Shown here: positions 1 through 9,423 of the stretch, in pieces
Layout: every line of letters starts with the position of its first letter
Numbering within the stretch: the first letter of the stretch is position 1
DNA from: Escherichia phage JohannBuxtorf_Bas84
Reading direction: 5' to 3' (one strand)
DNA length: 44,189 nt
Sequence record: PQ850611.1
The notes under the pieces: model-generated
What the model was told of the DNA's origin: nothing
Databases searched by the model: none
Seen by the model: only the letters and a program-made list of their open reading frames with translations
Made by a program: the position numbers and the translations under genes

Positions 1-552
1 ATGGCAGAAATTAAAGTTAAAGGCCGTCGCGCTAAACTGGACGGACGAGTAGCAGTTACCCCGCGCCGTAAACCAGGCGAGCAAACCGAGCATACCAATC
101 TCGGACCTGAAATCGAGTACGGAAAGCGCCGTAAAGGCGGCAAATGTGGACGCCCTACTGACTACCGATCCGTTTACTGCGACCAGCTTCGCCGCTATTT
201 TGCCGATGCCGACGCCTGGCAGGTAAACTACTCCGATAAAGGCGCTGCGCAAGTAATCCCCCGCAACAAAATGCCAACCTTCGGTCGATTTGCCGCGGAA
301 ATCGGCGTGGGCGTAGCTTGCCTGTATCGCTGGGCGCGTGCGCATGAGGAGTTCGCCGAGGCGATGGCGGACGCTATGGAGTTGCAGAAAACTTTCCTGA
401 TGGAAGCTGGCGGCGTGACCATCGCGGCAGGCTTCGCTACGTTCCTGCTTAAAGCAAACCACGGCGTCCGGGACGACGTACCGCTGGATGACGACGAAGA
501 TGATAACGGCGACGTCGTTGTGGAACCTACCGGCAAAGGCCAGGGTGATTAA
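1..552 (+). CDS. putative terminase small subunit (may be 5'-truncated by window edge)
   Basis: ORF begins at base 1; HTH-like segment TFGRFAAEIGVGVACLYRWARAHEEFAEAM; acidic C-terminus; stop overlaps ATG of the downstream ATPase (TAATG); position immediately upstream of large terminase. Confidence 0.5.
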   Translation: MAEIKVKGRRAKLDGRVAVTPRRKPGEQTEHTNLGPEIEYGKRRKGGKCGRPTDYRSVYCDQLRRYFADADAWQVNYSDKGAAQVIPRNKMPTFGRFAAEIGVGVACLYRWARAHEEFAEAMADAMELQKTFLMEAGGVTIAAGFATFLLKANHGVRDDVPLDDDEDDNGDVVVEPTGKGQGD

Positions 553-1937
553 TGCGTAACTATGCGGCAGAACATCGCGCCCTTGAACGAGCGATCGCAA
601 AGCGAAACCGACCGCCACGCCCGACACGCGTTGCGCAGGCCGTCCGCCTTTACCAGCCTGATTGCTTGCCGCACCAGGTTGAACTACTGCGCGACACGAA
701 GACTAAAATCCTCGGCCTGTGTTCCGGCTTCGGTGGCGGCAAGTCATGGGTTGCGGCGCGAAAGGTCATCCAGCTTTTAACACTGAACCCCGGCCATGAT
801 GGCATCGTGACAGAACCGACTATTCCACTTCTGGTCAAAATCATGTACCCGGAATTGGAAAAGGCATTCGACGAGGCTGGATTTCGGTGGAAGTTCAATA
901 AGCAGGACAAGATTTATAGCGTGCTGGTGAAAGGCAAATGGACGCGCGTAATCTGTGAGTCAATGGAGAACTACACCCGCCTAATCGGGGTCAACGCCGC
1001 ATGGATTGTCGCCGACGAGTTCGATACCACGAAACAAGACGTCGCGATGGCGGCGTATCACAAATTGCTCGGTCGTCTGCGTGCGGGTCTGGTCCGCCAG
1101 TTCGTCATCGTGTCCACCCCGGAAGGCTACCGGGCGATGTATCAAATTTTCGAAGTGGAGAAGGATAGCCAGAAGCGTTTGATCCGGGCGAAGACCACCG
1201 ATAACCACCACTTACCGGCAGACTTTATCGACACGCTGCGCAGCCAATACCCGGCTAACCTGATTGATGCGTACTTGAACGGCCTGTTTGTCAACCTTAC
1301 GTCGGGCGCGGTGTACAAGATGTTCAACCGGGAGGAGAACGCCAGCACCGAAGAAGTGCAGCCGGAAGACACGCTGATTATCGGCATGGACTTTAACGTC
1401 ACGAAGATGGCGGCGGTCGTGTACGTCAGACGGCAGCGCATCACTGAAAACAAGGAGTTCCGCGACGAGATCCACGCAGTGGATGAATTTGTGGACCTGT
1501 TTGATACCCCGGCTATGATTGAGGCGATCGAGGAGCGCTACCCCGATCATTGTGCTGCCGGTCGTGTTGTCGTTTACCCGGACAGCAGCGGCAAGTCTCG
1601 CAAGACTGTCAACGCATCATCGTCCGATATAGCGCAACTGGAAGACGCGGGCTTCGAGGTGGAGTATGACAGCGTTAACCCGCCTGTGAAAGACAGACTT
1701 ATCGCGATGAATACGATGATGTGCAACTCGAAGGGCGTGCGACAGTATTTTGTCAACCTGGATAAATGCCCTACACTAGCGAAATGTCTGGAACAGCAGG
1801 TTTACGACCTGAAGAAAGGCGAGCCGGATAAAACCGCCGGTGTGGACCACATGAACGATGCCGCGGGCTATCCAATTGCGCACCTGTTCCCAGTGATTCG
1901 TCCGATCGCCGTTGTTCCAACTGTAGACTTCTACTAA
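552..1937 (+). CDS. terminase large subunit
   Basis: 461 aa; Walker A-like GFGGGKS near N-terminus; C-terminal nuclease-like acidic motifs; gene order TerS-TerL-portal. Confidence 0.85.
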   Translation: MRNYAAEHRALERAIAKRNRPPRPTRVAQAVRLYQPDCLPHQVELLRDTKTKILGLCSGFGGGKSWVAARKVIQLLTLNPGHDGIVTEPTIPLLVKIMYPELEKAFDEAGFRWKFNKQDKIYSVLVKGKWTRVICESMENYTRLIGVNAAWIVADEFDTTKQDVAMAAYHKLLGRLRAGLVRQFVIVSTPEGYRAMYQIFEVEKDSQKRLIRAKTTDNHHLPADFIDTLRSQYPANLIDAYLNGLFVNLTSGAVYKMFNREENASTEEVQPEDTLIIGMDFNVTKMAAVVYVRRQRITENKEFRDEIHAVDEFVDLFDTPAMIEAIEERYPDHCAAGRVVVYPDSSGKSRKTVNASSSDIAQLEDAGFEVEYDSVNPPVKDRLIAMNTMMCNSKGVRQYFVNLDKCPTLAKCLEQQVYDLKKGEPDKTAGVDHMNDAAGYPIAHLFPVIRPIAVVPTVDFY

Positions 1938-1947
1938 GGAAACGACC

Positions 1948-3468
1948 ATGACCGTTAACGTTGACAACCAGCACCCGCTCTATGCGCGCATTGCGCCAGA
2001 GTGGAAGATGATCCGCGATTGTGTAGCAGGGGAGCGCGCCGTGAAGGCGTGCGGCCCTTTGTACCTGCCTCATCCCGCCAGTGGCGACAATACTGACCCG
2101 AAAGCACGGGCGCGGTATAAGGCGTACAAGCAACGCGCGGTATTCCTGAACGCCACCGCCCGCACACTAAACGCGCTGTTAGGCGTCGCCTTTGCAAAAC
2201 CTGTAAGTCTGGACCTTTCCGGGGCGATGGCTGACCTGATTGACGACGTAGACGGCAGCGGTATGCCATTGCCGCAACTTCTGCGCGGTGCTATGTCGGA
2301 AGTTCTGCAATCGGGACGCGCGGGCTTTATGGTGGATTACGACCGCCAGGCTAACTTTGATGAACTGGGTAACGTAGTGCCACAGACAGCCGCCGAGATG
2401 GCGGCACACCGACCGCTTATCCGCCTGTATACGGCAGAGCAGATCATCAACTGGCGGCAGACCCACGGCGTCGATACGCTAATTGTGCTGAAGGAAACGG
2501 ACGAAATCAGCACCGAAGACCCGGACGATTTCGCAAACCACGAAGTAACAATCTGGACCGAGCTTCGCATGATTGACGGCAAGGCACACGCCCGCCGCTG
2601 GTTTTACAACGCGGACACGTCCGAAGTGAAGATGGACTTGCCGCGAGGCTTCACCAGAACCGATCTTGTGCCGTTGGTGGATGCTTCCGGTAATGCGCTT
2701 ACGCAACTACCGTTTTGCTGGTGTGGCGCGGTGGACAACAACGCAACGCCTGACGCCGCTCCGCTGGCGGATATCGCATCCATCAACATTAAGCACTACA
2801 ACGCCGAAGCGGACGTCGCCGAGATTGCGCACATCGTGGGGCAACCTACCCTGGTGGCAACTGGCTTGACTCAATCATGGGCTGACAAGAACCTGAAGGG
2901 CGGCATCGCGCTCGGAGCGACTAAGGGCGTTATTCTGGGTCAGAACATGGACGCTAAACTGATTCAGGCCGAGGAGCGCAACTTGTCTGTTGCGCTGTGT
3001 GAGCGACGCGAATTGCAAATGGCTAAACTAGGCGCGGCCCTGGTTGAGAAGGGGACTGCACCTAAGACGGCAACGGAAGCGGCCTACGATGCGCAGACTG
3101 ATAACAGTATCCTGTCGCTTATTGCTGGTAACGTTGAGAAGGCTTTCAACCGCGCGCTGCAAATCGTCCAACTCTTCACCGGTGACACCGCCGACCAGCG
3201 TGTGACGCTGAATAAGTTCTACACCGAGATCACGGTTGATGCGCAGCTTATGACCGCGATGATGTCGGGTGTGCAGACTGGCACGGTCCGCCTGGCTGAT
3301 TTCATCAAGTGGATGATGGCGCAGGGCGTCATCGACGACTCGCAAACCGTCGAGCAGGTGGAAGACGAATTGCGAAATCAGAATCCATTGCCTCAAATGT
3401 CCCCCGATGCGGTAGAATCTACCGAAGAAGACCCGGACAAGGTAGCGGACAATGGCGAAGACAATTAA
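1948..3468 (+). CDS. portal protein
   Basis: 506 aa ORF directly after large terminase with RBS AGGAA; acidic C-terminus; synteny. Confidence 0.75.
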   Translation: MTVNVDNQHPLYARIAPEWKMIRDCVAGERAVKACGPLYLPHPASGDNTDPKARARYKAYKQRAVFLNATARTLNALLGVAFAKPVSLDLSGAMADLIDDVDGSGMPLPQLLRGAMSEVLQSGRAGFMVDYDRQANFDELGNVVPQTAAEMAAHRPLIRLYTAEQIINWRQTHGVDTLIVLKETDEISTEDPDDFANHEVTIWTELRMIDGKAHARRWFYNADTSEVKMDLPRGFTRTDLVPLVDASGNALTQLPFCWCGAVDNNATPDAAPLADIASINIKHYNAEADVAEIAHIVGQPTLVATGLTQSWADKNLKGGIALGATKGVILGQNMDAKLIQAEERNLSVALCERRELQMAKLGAALVEKGTAPKTATEAAYDAQTDNSILSLIAGNVEKAFNRALQIVQLFTGDTADQRVTLNKFYTEITVDAQLMTAMMSGVQTGTVRLADFIKWMMAQGVIDDSQTVEQVEDELRNQNPLPQMSPDAVESTEEDPDKVADNGEDN

Positions 3469-4555
3469 TCAACATTTGGCGGATCGAATGATCCGCCGTC
3501 ACATCTTCACCCAGCGCCTGAGCAATGATCAGGCGCGGAGGGTGCTGGCTATGTGGGAGAAGTTCCGGCCCGCTTTACTGGGTAAGCTGACCGAGTTACT
3601 TGATGGCAAAAAGTCCATGAGCAACAAGGCACTTACCACACTATTAACGCAACTCGACAAGACCGTCAAAACGGAACTGCGCGCCGAGTTTAAGGCGCTG
3701 GCTGAAAGCCTTCAGGAGTTCGCCGACACTGAGGCTGATTATCTCGCCGACACATTAACGGCAGCGATCCAGCCCGCGGTCGCCGTACCGGCTGTCGAGG
3801 TTGTGGGTGTTGTTACCGGCGCGCAGATTGCCGCGACGGCAATGAAAAACCCGTTCCAGGGTAATACGCTGATGCAATGGCCTGATTCACTTTCCGAGTG
3901 GACCAGAACGCAGATCGGCAATCAGGTGCGCGCCGGATTCATCCAGGGCAAGCCAACGATGGAAATTATCGCGGACGTGAGGCGCGCGCTCGGCGGTCGT
4001 AGTGCGCAAGCAATCTCAAGCGTCGTTAAGTCCGCGGTCAACCACTATGCGGCGACCGCCCGCGAATTAATGGTGAAAGCTAATGACGATATTCTCGAAG
4101 GTCGCCAATGGTTGGCTACATTGGACACGCATACTTCTCCCATGTGCCAGCTACGCGATCGCCTGTTTTATCCGGTTGATGTTACTCCCGACACCAAAGG
4201 CAAGCGCGGCGGAAAAGTGGTGGCGGGATCACAATATGGCGCTGGTCCGGGCAAGCTGCATTATTGCTGCCGTTCGACGGAGACGTGGAAAGTCAAAGGC
4301 ATGGAAGATTGGCCCAGTGGTAAGCGTCCGGCACTGAAGGCTGACGCAGGCAGATTGCTGAGTGAGCAGGTCGACGCGCAGACTGATTTCTTCTCCTGGG
4401 TGCAGCGCCAGCCGCGCCATATTCTGGAGGAATTATATGGGGTGCAACGCGCCGACCAGATTATGCGCGGCGTGAAAGTGCCGAAGATGTTCACCGATAC
4501 GGGCGAACTAATGACTATTGCACAGCTTAAAAACCGGGGGTTATGGCGTGATTAA
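3452..4555 (+). CDS. head morphogenesis protein (Mu gpF / SPP1 gp7-like)
   Basis: 367 aa; segment QWLATLDTHTSPMCQLRDRLF resembles the conserved core of Mu F-like minor head proteins; follows portal. Confidence 0.7.
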   Translation: MAKTINQHLADRMIRRHIFTQRLSNDQARRVLAMWEKFRPALLGKLTELLDGKKSMSNKALTTLLTQLDKTVKTELRAEFKALAESLQEFADTEADYLADTLTAAIQPAVAVPAVEVVGVVTGAQIAATAMKNPFQGNTLMQWPDSLSEWTRTQIGNQVRAGFIQGKPTMEIIADVRRALGGRSAQAISSVVKSAVNHYAATARELMVKANDDILEGRQWLATLDTHTSPMCQLRDRLFYPVDVTPDTKGKRGGKVVAGSQYGAGPGKLHYCCRSTETWKVKGMEDWPSGKRPALKADAGRLLSEQVDAQTDFFSWVQRQPRHILEELYGVQRADQIMRGVKVPKMFTDTGELMTIAQLKNRGLWRD

Positions 4556-4877
4556 GTATGCAGCGATCGGGCTGGTAATAGGCCTGGCGGTTGGGTTCTG
4601 GCTAGGTGACTCCTATCGCGCTGGCGTAGTGGCGGAGGCGGCGCGAGAAGCGCAAGCAAAAGCCCAACGGCAGCAAACTAAAGTTATTGAGCGCTCCGTG
4701 CAGGCTGAACAGGCCCGCGACGTAGAATACCGGACTATCACGAAAGAGGTTGTTAAATATGTTACGCGCCCTAACCGCCCTGATTGTAGTTTTGATGTTG
4801 AGCGCGTGCGGATCAAGCAACGTGCCGTTGATGCCGCTAACGGAGTCGGCACTGCGACCGCCGTGCAAGTTCGATAA
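4548..4877 (+). CDS. putative i-spanin (Rz-like), start uncertain (GTG 4548 or TTG 4518)
   Basis: N-terminal hydrophobic helix IKYAAIGLVIGLAVGFWLG followed by charged, Ala/Gln/Arg-rich helical region; a lipoprotein ORF is embedded/overlapping in the +1 frame. Confidence 0.4.
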   Translation: MIKYAAIGLVIGLAVGFWLGDSYRAGVVAEAAREAQAKAQRQQTKVIERSVQAEQARDVEYRTITKEVVKYVTRPNRPDCSFDVERVRIKQRAVDAANGVGTATAVQVR

Positions 4878-4989
4878 CCCGTCCGCAGACCCCGACGAGG
4901 ATTTGATGATTGACGTGAAAAATATGGAATGCGGGGCGAAGCTGAGGGCGCAGGTCCTGGAGTTGCAGCAAATAATTCGGGGGCCGTAA
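4750..4989 (+). CDS. putative o-spanin (Rz1-like lipoprotein) overlapping the i-spanin ORF in another frame
   Basis: signal peptide with lipobox LSAC (MLRALTALIVVLMLSACGSS), Pro-rich mature part; overlapped architecture typical of Rz/Rz1. Confidence 0.4.
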   Translation: MLNMLRALTALIVVLMLSACGSSNVPLMPLTESALRPPCKFDNPSADPDEDLMIDVKNMECGAKLRAQVLELQQIIRGP

Positions 4990-5001
4990 TGGCCCCCTTT
5001 T
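4979..5001. terminator. bidirectional intrinsic terminator between convergent genes
   Basis: perfect GC stem gggggcc/ggccccc with 5-nt loop, followed by TTTT on plus strand and A/T-rich run on minus strand; sits between stop of 4750-4989 and stop of 5004-5768. Confidence 0.7.
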
Positions 5002-5003
5002 CG

Positions 5004-5768
5004 TTAGCGCGGAATACCGCAAATCTCGTTTAACGTCTTCACGTCCAGCGCCACCGCCGTGGACTTCGGCTTGTCCGGGTAAGGAATGAACTGTTCCACT
5101 TCAGGCCACGCCTTGATCAGCTTCTTATCTGTATTGTGCATATCCAGCACGCCGGTAACGGTTAGTTTGAACGCGTCATACTTCGCGCGCAATTCGCGGC
5201 GGGCCTTGTCGTTACGGTCCAGGCGCTTGCAGAAATCATGGTCCGCCGGGTAGTCTGCGCGATCGCGAGGGAGATATATCGGCAGCGCTTTCCCATCCTC
5301 GTCCACTTCACATACTGAGGCCAGCATAACTTCCTCATACCCTGGGACTATATCGCCGAGGTCAGGCGCGAGCTTGTTCATGTATTTGATGTCCCAGTAT
5401 CCGCGACGTACGCGGTTTTGTCGCCCGTCGCCGCTCAATGACAAGGTGCGAACATTGCCGCCTGCGTTTATTTCGAAAGAGGCGTCGTAAACGCTGCCAA
5501 TACCTTTCGGGCGGTCGGTGTTATAGCTATACGTCGCCTTGTTGGTGTAGACGCTGACGCCGTACATCTGCGACTGGTCGCCGCGGATTAACTGGATATG
5601 CTCGCGTAGCGCGGCGAATGTGCGAATGCCTTCCGGCATACAGTCCAGCGTAATGGCGTACGCCAGGTCGCGCGAGTCCATCATGATGGATTTTGCTTCG
5701 GTCGCGATTTCATGGTCGCGCAGGATGTTAGCCAGAATCTGGTTTTTAATGTCTTTCGTCAGTCTCAT
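5004..5768 (-). CDS. hypothetical protein (minus-strand insert in head module)
   Basis: 254 aa from internal ATG (MRLTKDIK...) with RBS GAGGA 8 nt upstream; opposite orientation to flanking structural genes; own upstream motif pair and downstream terminator. Confidence 0.6.
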   Translation of the reverse strand: MRLTKDIKNQILANILRDHEIATEAKSIMMDSRDLAYAITLDCMPEGIRTFAALREHIQLIRGDQSQMYGVSVYTNKATYSYNTDRPKGIGSVYDASFEINAGGNVRTLSLSGDGRQNRVRRGYWDIKYMNKLAPDLGDIVPGYEEVMLASVCEVDEDGKALPIYLPRDRADYPADHDFCKRLDRNDKARRELRAKYDAFKLTVTGVLDMHNTDKKLIKAWPEVEQFIPYPDKPKSTAVALDVKTLNEICGIPR

Positions 5769-5790
5769 TTGTGTGTCCTCGTTGTTGGTG

Positions 5791-5814
5791 TGCAACCAAT
5801 ATAGTGCAACCAAT
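5791..5814. promoter_or_regulatory. tandem TGCAACCAAT motif pair in divergent intergenic region
   Basis: TGCAACCAAT at 5791-5800 and 5805-5814 (14-bp period) between divergent genes 5004-5768 (-) and 5918-6619 (+). Confidence 0.45.
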
Positions 5815-5917
5815 ACGAGGATTGCAAGCGAATTTTGCGATTATTTTTATCGCTGATAATATTAGAGGCGTGAAGTCGAGCGGGTGGCCTGCTCTGCCAC
5901 AATCCCAGGGGGATAGC

Positions 5918-6619
5918 ATGAAACTTACTAAAGCAGAATATGACGCGTTGCCGGAAGGTATGAAGGCGCTTTTTGTTGCCGATGGTGACGGGTATAAGTC
6001 AACATTCATGACCGCCGAAGAGGTACAGGCGGAAATTAAGGGTCTGAAAGACAACAACGCGAAGCTGGTGAGCGAGAAGAAAGCAGAAGCTGAACGTCGC
6101 GCCGAAGCCGAGCGCCTTGCGAAAGAGAAAGAGGAAGCCGCCGCGCGCAAAAATGGCGACCTCGAAGCGATCGACAAGTCCTGGAAAGATAAGTTTGCGA
6201 AACACGAAGCAGACACAGCGGGAAAAATCGAAGCCTACCGCAAGCAGATCCACGATCTAACCATCGGCAGCGCTGCCAAAGACCTGGCATCGAAGCTATT
6301 CGGTAAGAATGCCGGCATCATGCAACGCCACGTAATGGACCGTCTGACGCTGGAAGACGGCGAAGACGGCAGCTTGAAAGTGCGTGTCTTGCAGGATGGC
6401 AAACCGTCCGCGCTGACTATGGAAGAGTTAGAAAAAGAGTTCCGTAATAACGCCGATTTTGCATCCGTCCTGGCTGGCACGCCAGCCGGTGGCGCGCCTA
6501 GCAAACCGACGCAGGTTGTCGAAGATGTGAAGTCTAAAATTACGATGGGCCATAGCTTCGGTATCACCGATCTCACCAAACAGGCCGGTGAAATCATCGC
6601 TAAAATGGGTGACGAGTAA
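5918..6619 (+). CDS. putative scaffolding protein
   Basis: 233 aa from ATG with RBS AGGGGGA; highly charged, coiled-coil-like sequence (KKAEAERRAEAERLAKEKEEAAARK); immediately upstream of major capsid gene. Confidence 0.55.
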   Translation: MKLTKAEYDALPEGMKALFVADGDGYKSTFMTAEEVQAEIKGLKDNNAKLVSEKKAEAERRAEAERLAKEKEEAAARKNGDLEAIDKSWKDKFAKHEADTAGKIEAYRKQIHDLTIGSAAKDLASKLFGKNAGIMQRHVMDRLTLEDGEDGSLKVRVLQDGKPSALTMEELEKEFRNNADFASVLAGTPAGGAPSKPTQVVEDVKSKITMGHSFGITDLTKQAGEIIAKMGDE

Positions 6620-6716
6620 GCAGATTGCCCGCGAAAGCGGGCAATTTTGCGAGCGCGTAAATCTAAGGTAACATTAACGTCACTGGGCGAATGCTCACAA
6701 CTCAAAGGATTTCGAT

Positions 6717-7811
6717 ATGTCTTTAACAGTGTTCCAGCGTAAACTCGTTACCGCGGTTACGCAAATGATCCCCGACAACCTGAACGTTTTCAACGCCGCC
6801 GCCAATGGCGCTGTTGTTCTCGGTACTGGTGAAGTGCTGAATGACGTTATTGAGAAAATGTCCGTAGGCTTGATCGCCAACCTCGTTACCGACCGTAACG
6901 CCTACGCCCCCGTCGGCACTCCGGCGACCGCGAAAGTGCTGGCGCGTATGCTAACCAACTCGGTTAACCTTTCCGCAAAAGTGGGTCCGGTAGCAATCAC
7001 TAAGGCTATGATGGCTAAGATCGAAACCAACGTTAACAGCGTTGCGGCTGAGATTGCGGCACAGGCTACTCAAGCGATTATGCTGCACTACCTGAAAGCT
7101 GGTATCGGCGCAAGTAAAGCGGCGATCGAAAGCAACGCAGCGGCAAAATACACCCAACCGGCGCGCGTTGACGGCGTTGGCGGTCGTACCTTCCCGACCC
7201 TGGCAGACTTCCCGCTGGCGGCTTCTAAGTTCGGCGATCAGGCGTCTTTGATTAAGTCCTGGTTTATGGACGGCGTTACCTGGGCAAACTTCATTGCGTA
7301 CCAGGCACTCCCTTCCGCTGAACAGGTATTCGCAATTGGCGATCTCCAGGTAATGGGTGATGGCCTGGGCCGTCGCTTCATTATCTCCGATGCCGCTGCC
7401 GATGCTATGGGCGCGGGTAACATGCTGGGTCTGGTCCCTGGCGCGGTTGCAGTTACCACCAACGGCCTCGATATGCTGGCGCAGGAGAAAGGCGGTAACG
7501 AGAACATCGAACGCTGGTGGCAGGGTGAGTTCGACTTCAACGTGGCTGTTAAAGGCTACCGTCTGAAGGCGTCCGCTCGTACCCCGATCGAAGGTGTGCG
7601 CTCGTTCAAACTGGACGATATTACCACTTCCGCTAACTGGGAGCTGGACCAGGGCCAGGTAGACAACGCACCGGCAACCGTTCAGGATGTTGGCGGCGAT
7701 AGCGATACTAAAGGCCGTCGTAAGACCCAGGCCGCACAGGCAGTGCCTACCCGTCACATCAAGGAAACCGCTGGCGTACTGGTTACGCTGACTGCGACCA
7801 CCGCGTCTTAA
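6717..7811 (+). CDS. major capsid protein
   Basis: 364 aa, RBS AAGGA; position after scaffold; followed by a strong intrinsic terminator, typical of highly expressed capsid genes. Confidence 0.75.
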   Translation: MSLTVFQRKLVTAVTQMIPDNLNVFNAAANGAVVLGTGEVLNDVIEKMSVGLIANLVTDRNAYAPVGTPATAKVLARMLTNSVNLSAKVGPVAITKAMMAKIETNVNSVAAEIAAQATQAIMLHYLKAGIGASKAAIESNAAAKYTQPARVDGVGGRTFPTLADFPLAASKFGDQASLIKSWFMDGVTWANFIAYQALPSAEQVFAIGDLQVMGDGLGRRFIISDAAADAMGAGNMLGLVPGAVAVTTNGLDMLAQEKGGNENIERWWQGEFDFNVAVKGYRLKASARTPIEGVRSFKLDDITTSANWELDQGQVDNAPATVQDVGGDSDTKGRRKTQAAQAVPTRHIKETAGVLVTLTATTAS

Positions 7812-7829
7812 TCGACGCACATCCCAAAT

Positions 7830-7855
7830 GGGCGGGCTTATGCCCGCCTTTTTTA
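7830..7855 (+). terminator. intrinsic terminator after major capsid gene
   Basis: stem gggcgggc/gcccgcc with 4-nt loop followed by T6. Confidence 0.75.
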
Positions 7856-7869
7856 TAGGAGTGAATCTA

Positions 7870-8370
7870 ATGTATGGCGACCCGCAAACCTTTGTCGATT
7901 ATGCCGCCGCGCGAGGCGTTGAAATTACGCAGAGCGACGCAACGCGACACCTTACCATTGTTAATGACTTCCTTAACGGCATCGACTGGATCGGCGAACA
8001 AGCGGACCCGACCGGAATTGACGCATGGCCCCGCGTCAACTACCCGTCAGACGGTAAGCCGGTGCAAAACACGCTTACTGAAGATTTGGCAGTAGTTCCC
8101 GCTGGGCAGATTGTAGACTTCGCGTCAATCCCTGTTGCCGTTGAGCAAGCCGTTTACCGGCTGGCTATGCTGGTGGCGGACGATGTTGATATTTCTCCGA
8201 TCGGGGACGGTAAGGAGACTATCCGCGAAACGGTAGGCCCGATCACGATGGAGTATGACCCGGCGTCGATTGGTAGCGGGGTGTCGTTCCCGTGGTGGGA
8301 TGGCTTGTTAGGCCACTGGGTTGATTCAGGCGGCAACGCCGCAGGCAATTTCGACGTATTCAGGGGGTAA
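7870..8370 (+). CDS. hypothetical structural protein (putative head-tail connector/adaptor)
   Basis: 166 aa from ATG preceded by RBS AGGAG; located between capsid and neck/tail genes. Confidence 0.4.
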   Translation: MYGDPQTFVDYAAARGVEITQSDATRHLTIVNDFLNGIDWIGEQADPTGIDAWPRVNYPSDGKPVQNTLTEDLAVVPAGQIVDFASIPVAVEQAVYRLAMLVADDVDISPIGDGKETIRETVGPITMEYDPASIGSGVSFPWWDGLLGHWVDSGGNAAGNFDVFRG

Positions 8371-8474
8371 TATGAATCCTGCATTACTCGCGGCGATAAT
8401 CGCCGCCAACACTAAACGGCAACCAGAACAACCGGAGCCAGAACCGGAACCACCGGTACAGGAGAGCGAAGAAG

Positions 8475-8828
8475 ATGGCGGGCTTTAATTACGCAGGATT
8501 AAAGCGGAAAGTGAATCCGCTGATCAAAAAATTCGGCATGACCGTTACGGTTACGCGTCTGGGATCGGTTGACCGTGTAGACGGCGACGAAGTGGTAATC
8601 CCGCCAACGTCGTTTGACGTCATCGGTCTTCGCGAGGAGTACAAGCCTAGCGAGATCGACGGAACGCGGATCGTTGCCGGTGATGTGAAGTTTTTATGTC
8701 GGGCGGTTGAGCAATTGCGGGTGGGCGACCTGGTTAACCTGAACGGCACTGACTACCGGGTCGTCAACCCTAACCCACTGCAACCGGCTGGCACTACCAT
8801 GCTGTTTCAACTACAGCTAAGGGGCTAA
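8475..8828 (+). CDS. hypothetical structural protein (neck/head completion region)
   Basis: 117 aa ORF with RBS AGGAG; synteny. Confidence 0.45.
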   Translation: MAGFNYAGLKRKVNPLIKKFGMTVTVTRLGSVDRVDGDEVVIPPTSFDVIGLREEYKPSEIDGTRIVAGDVKFLCRAVEQLRVGDLVNLNGTDYRVVNPNPLQPAGTTMLFQLQLRG

Positions 8829-8829
8829 C

Positions 8830-9423
8830 GTGGCTGAAGTCTACTCATTCGCCGCCACTATTGCTACGTGGGTGGATAAGACGAAGGAGAACAACGATAA
8901 GGCGGTGCGTGCGTACGGGATGCAAATACTCGGACGCCTTATTGAGATCTCCCCAGTGGGCGACCCTCGCCGGTGGAAGATTAACAAGGCTTATGCAATG
9001 GCCCGCCAGCACGCGAACAAGGTGAACGCCGCACAGCGCCGCAAGAATGGCGGCAAACTGAAGCGTGGGCAGAAGAAGCACGCCAGTGTGCTAATCTCAT
9101 TCAAAACTAAAAACGGCAACGTCACGTTCCGCCAGCGTGGCTGGGCTGCGAAGAATTACACCGGCGGACGCTTCCGGGGAAACTGGCAGGTTACGTTCGA
9201 CCGCCCGGCTGTAGGCGCTATCGACCGCGTGGACAAGGCCGGAACGGCAACATTAGCCGCAGGGCGTGAAGTGCTGGCACATTACGATTCAGGTGAATAC
9301 GGGTCGATCTGGTTTACTAACAATGTGCCGTATGCGCAGCGACTTGAGTATGGTTGGAGTAAACAAGCGCCCGCGGGGATTGTTCGCGTCGTAGCGGCAG
9401 AAATTAATTCGAAGGTGAAATAA
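8830..9423 (+). CDS. putative HK97 gp10-like head-tail joining protein
   Basis: 197 aa, GTG start with RBS AAGGGG; motif GGRFRGNWQV resembles the conserved G-R-x-R-G-N-W signature of HK97 gp10-family proteins. Confidence 0.5.
   Translation: MAEVYSFAATIATWVDKTKENNDKAVRAYGMQILGRLIEISPVGDPRRWKINKAYAMARQHANKVNAAQRRKNGGKLKRGQKKHASVLISFKTKNGNVTFRQRGWAAKNYTGGRFRGNWQVTFDRPAVGAIDRVDKAGTATLAAGREVLAHYDSGEYGSIWFTNNVPYAQRLEYGWSKQAPAGIVRVVAAEINSKVK

Noticed and set aside
6951-7820. 289-aa minus-strand ORF overlapping the major capsid gene
   Set aside because: Antisense to a well-supported structural gene; Arg/Cys/Gly-rich composition typical of out-of-frame GC-rich sequence; no RBS.
8372-8488. 38-aa acidic ORF (MNPALLAAIIAANTKRQPEQPEPEPEPPVQESEEDGGL) between structural genes
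   Set aside because: Has an RBS but is very short and overlaps the next gene start; could equally be a C-terminal extension reached by frameshifting or non-coding; not reported as a feature.
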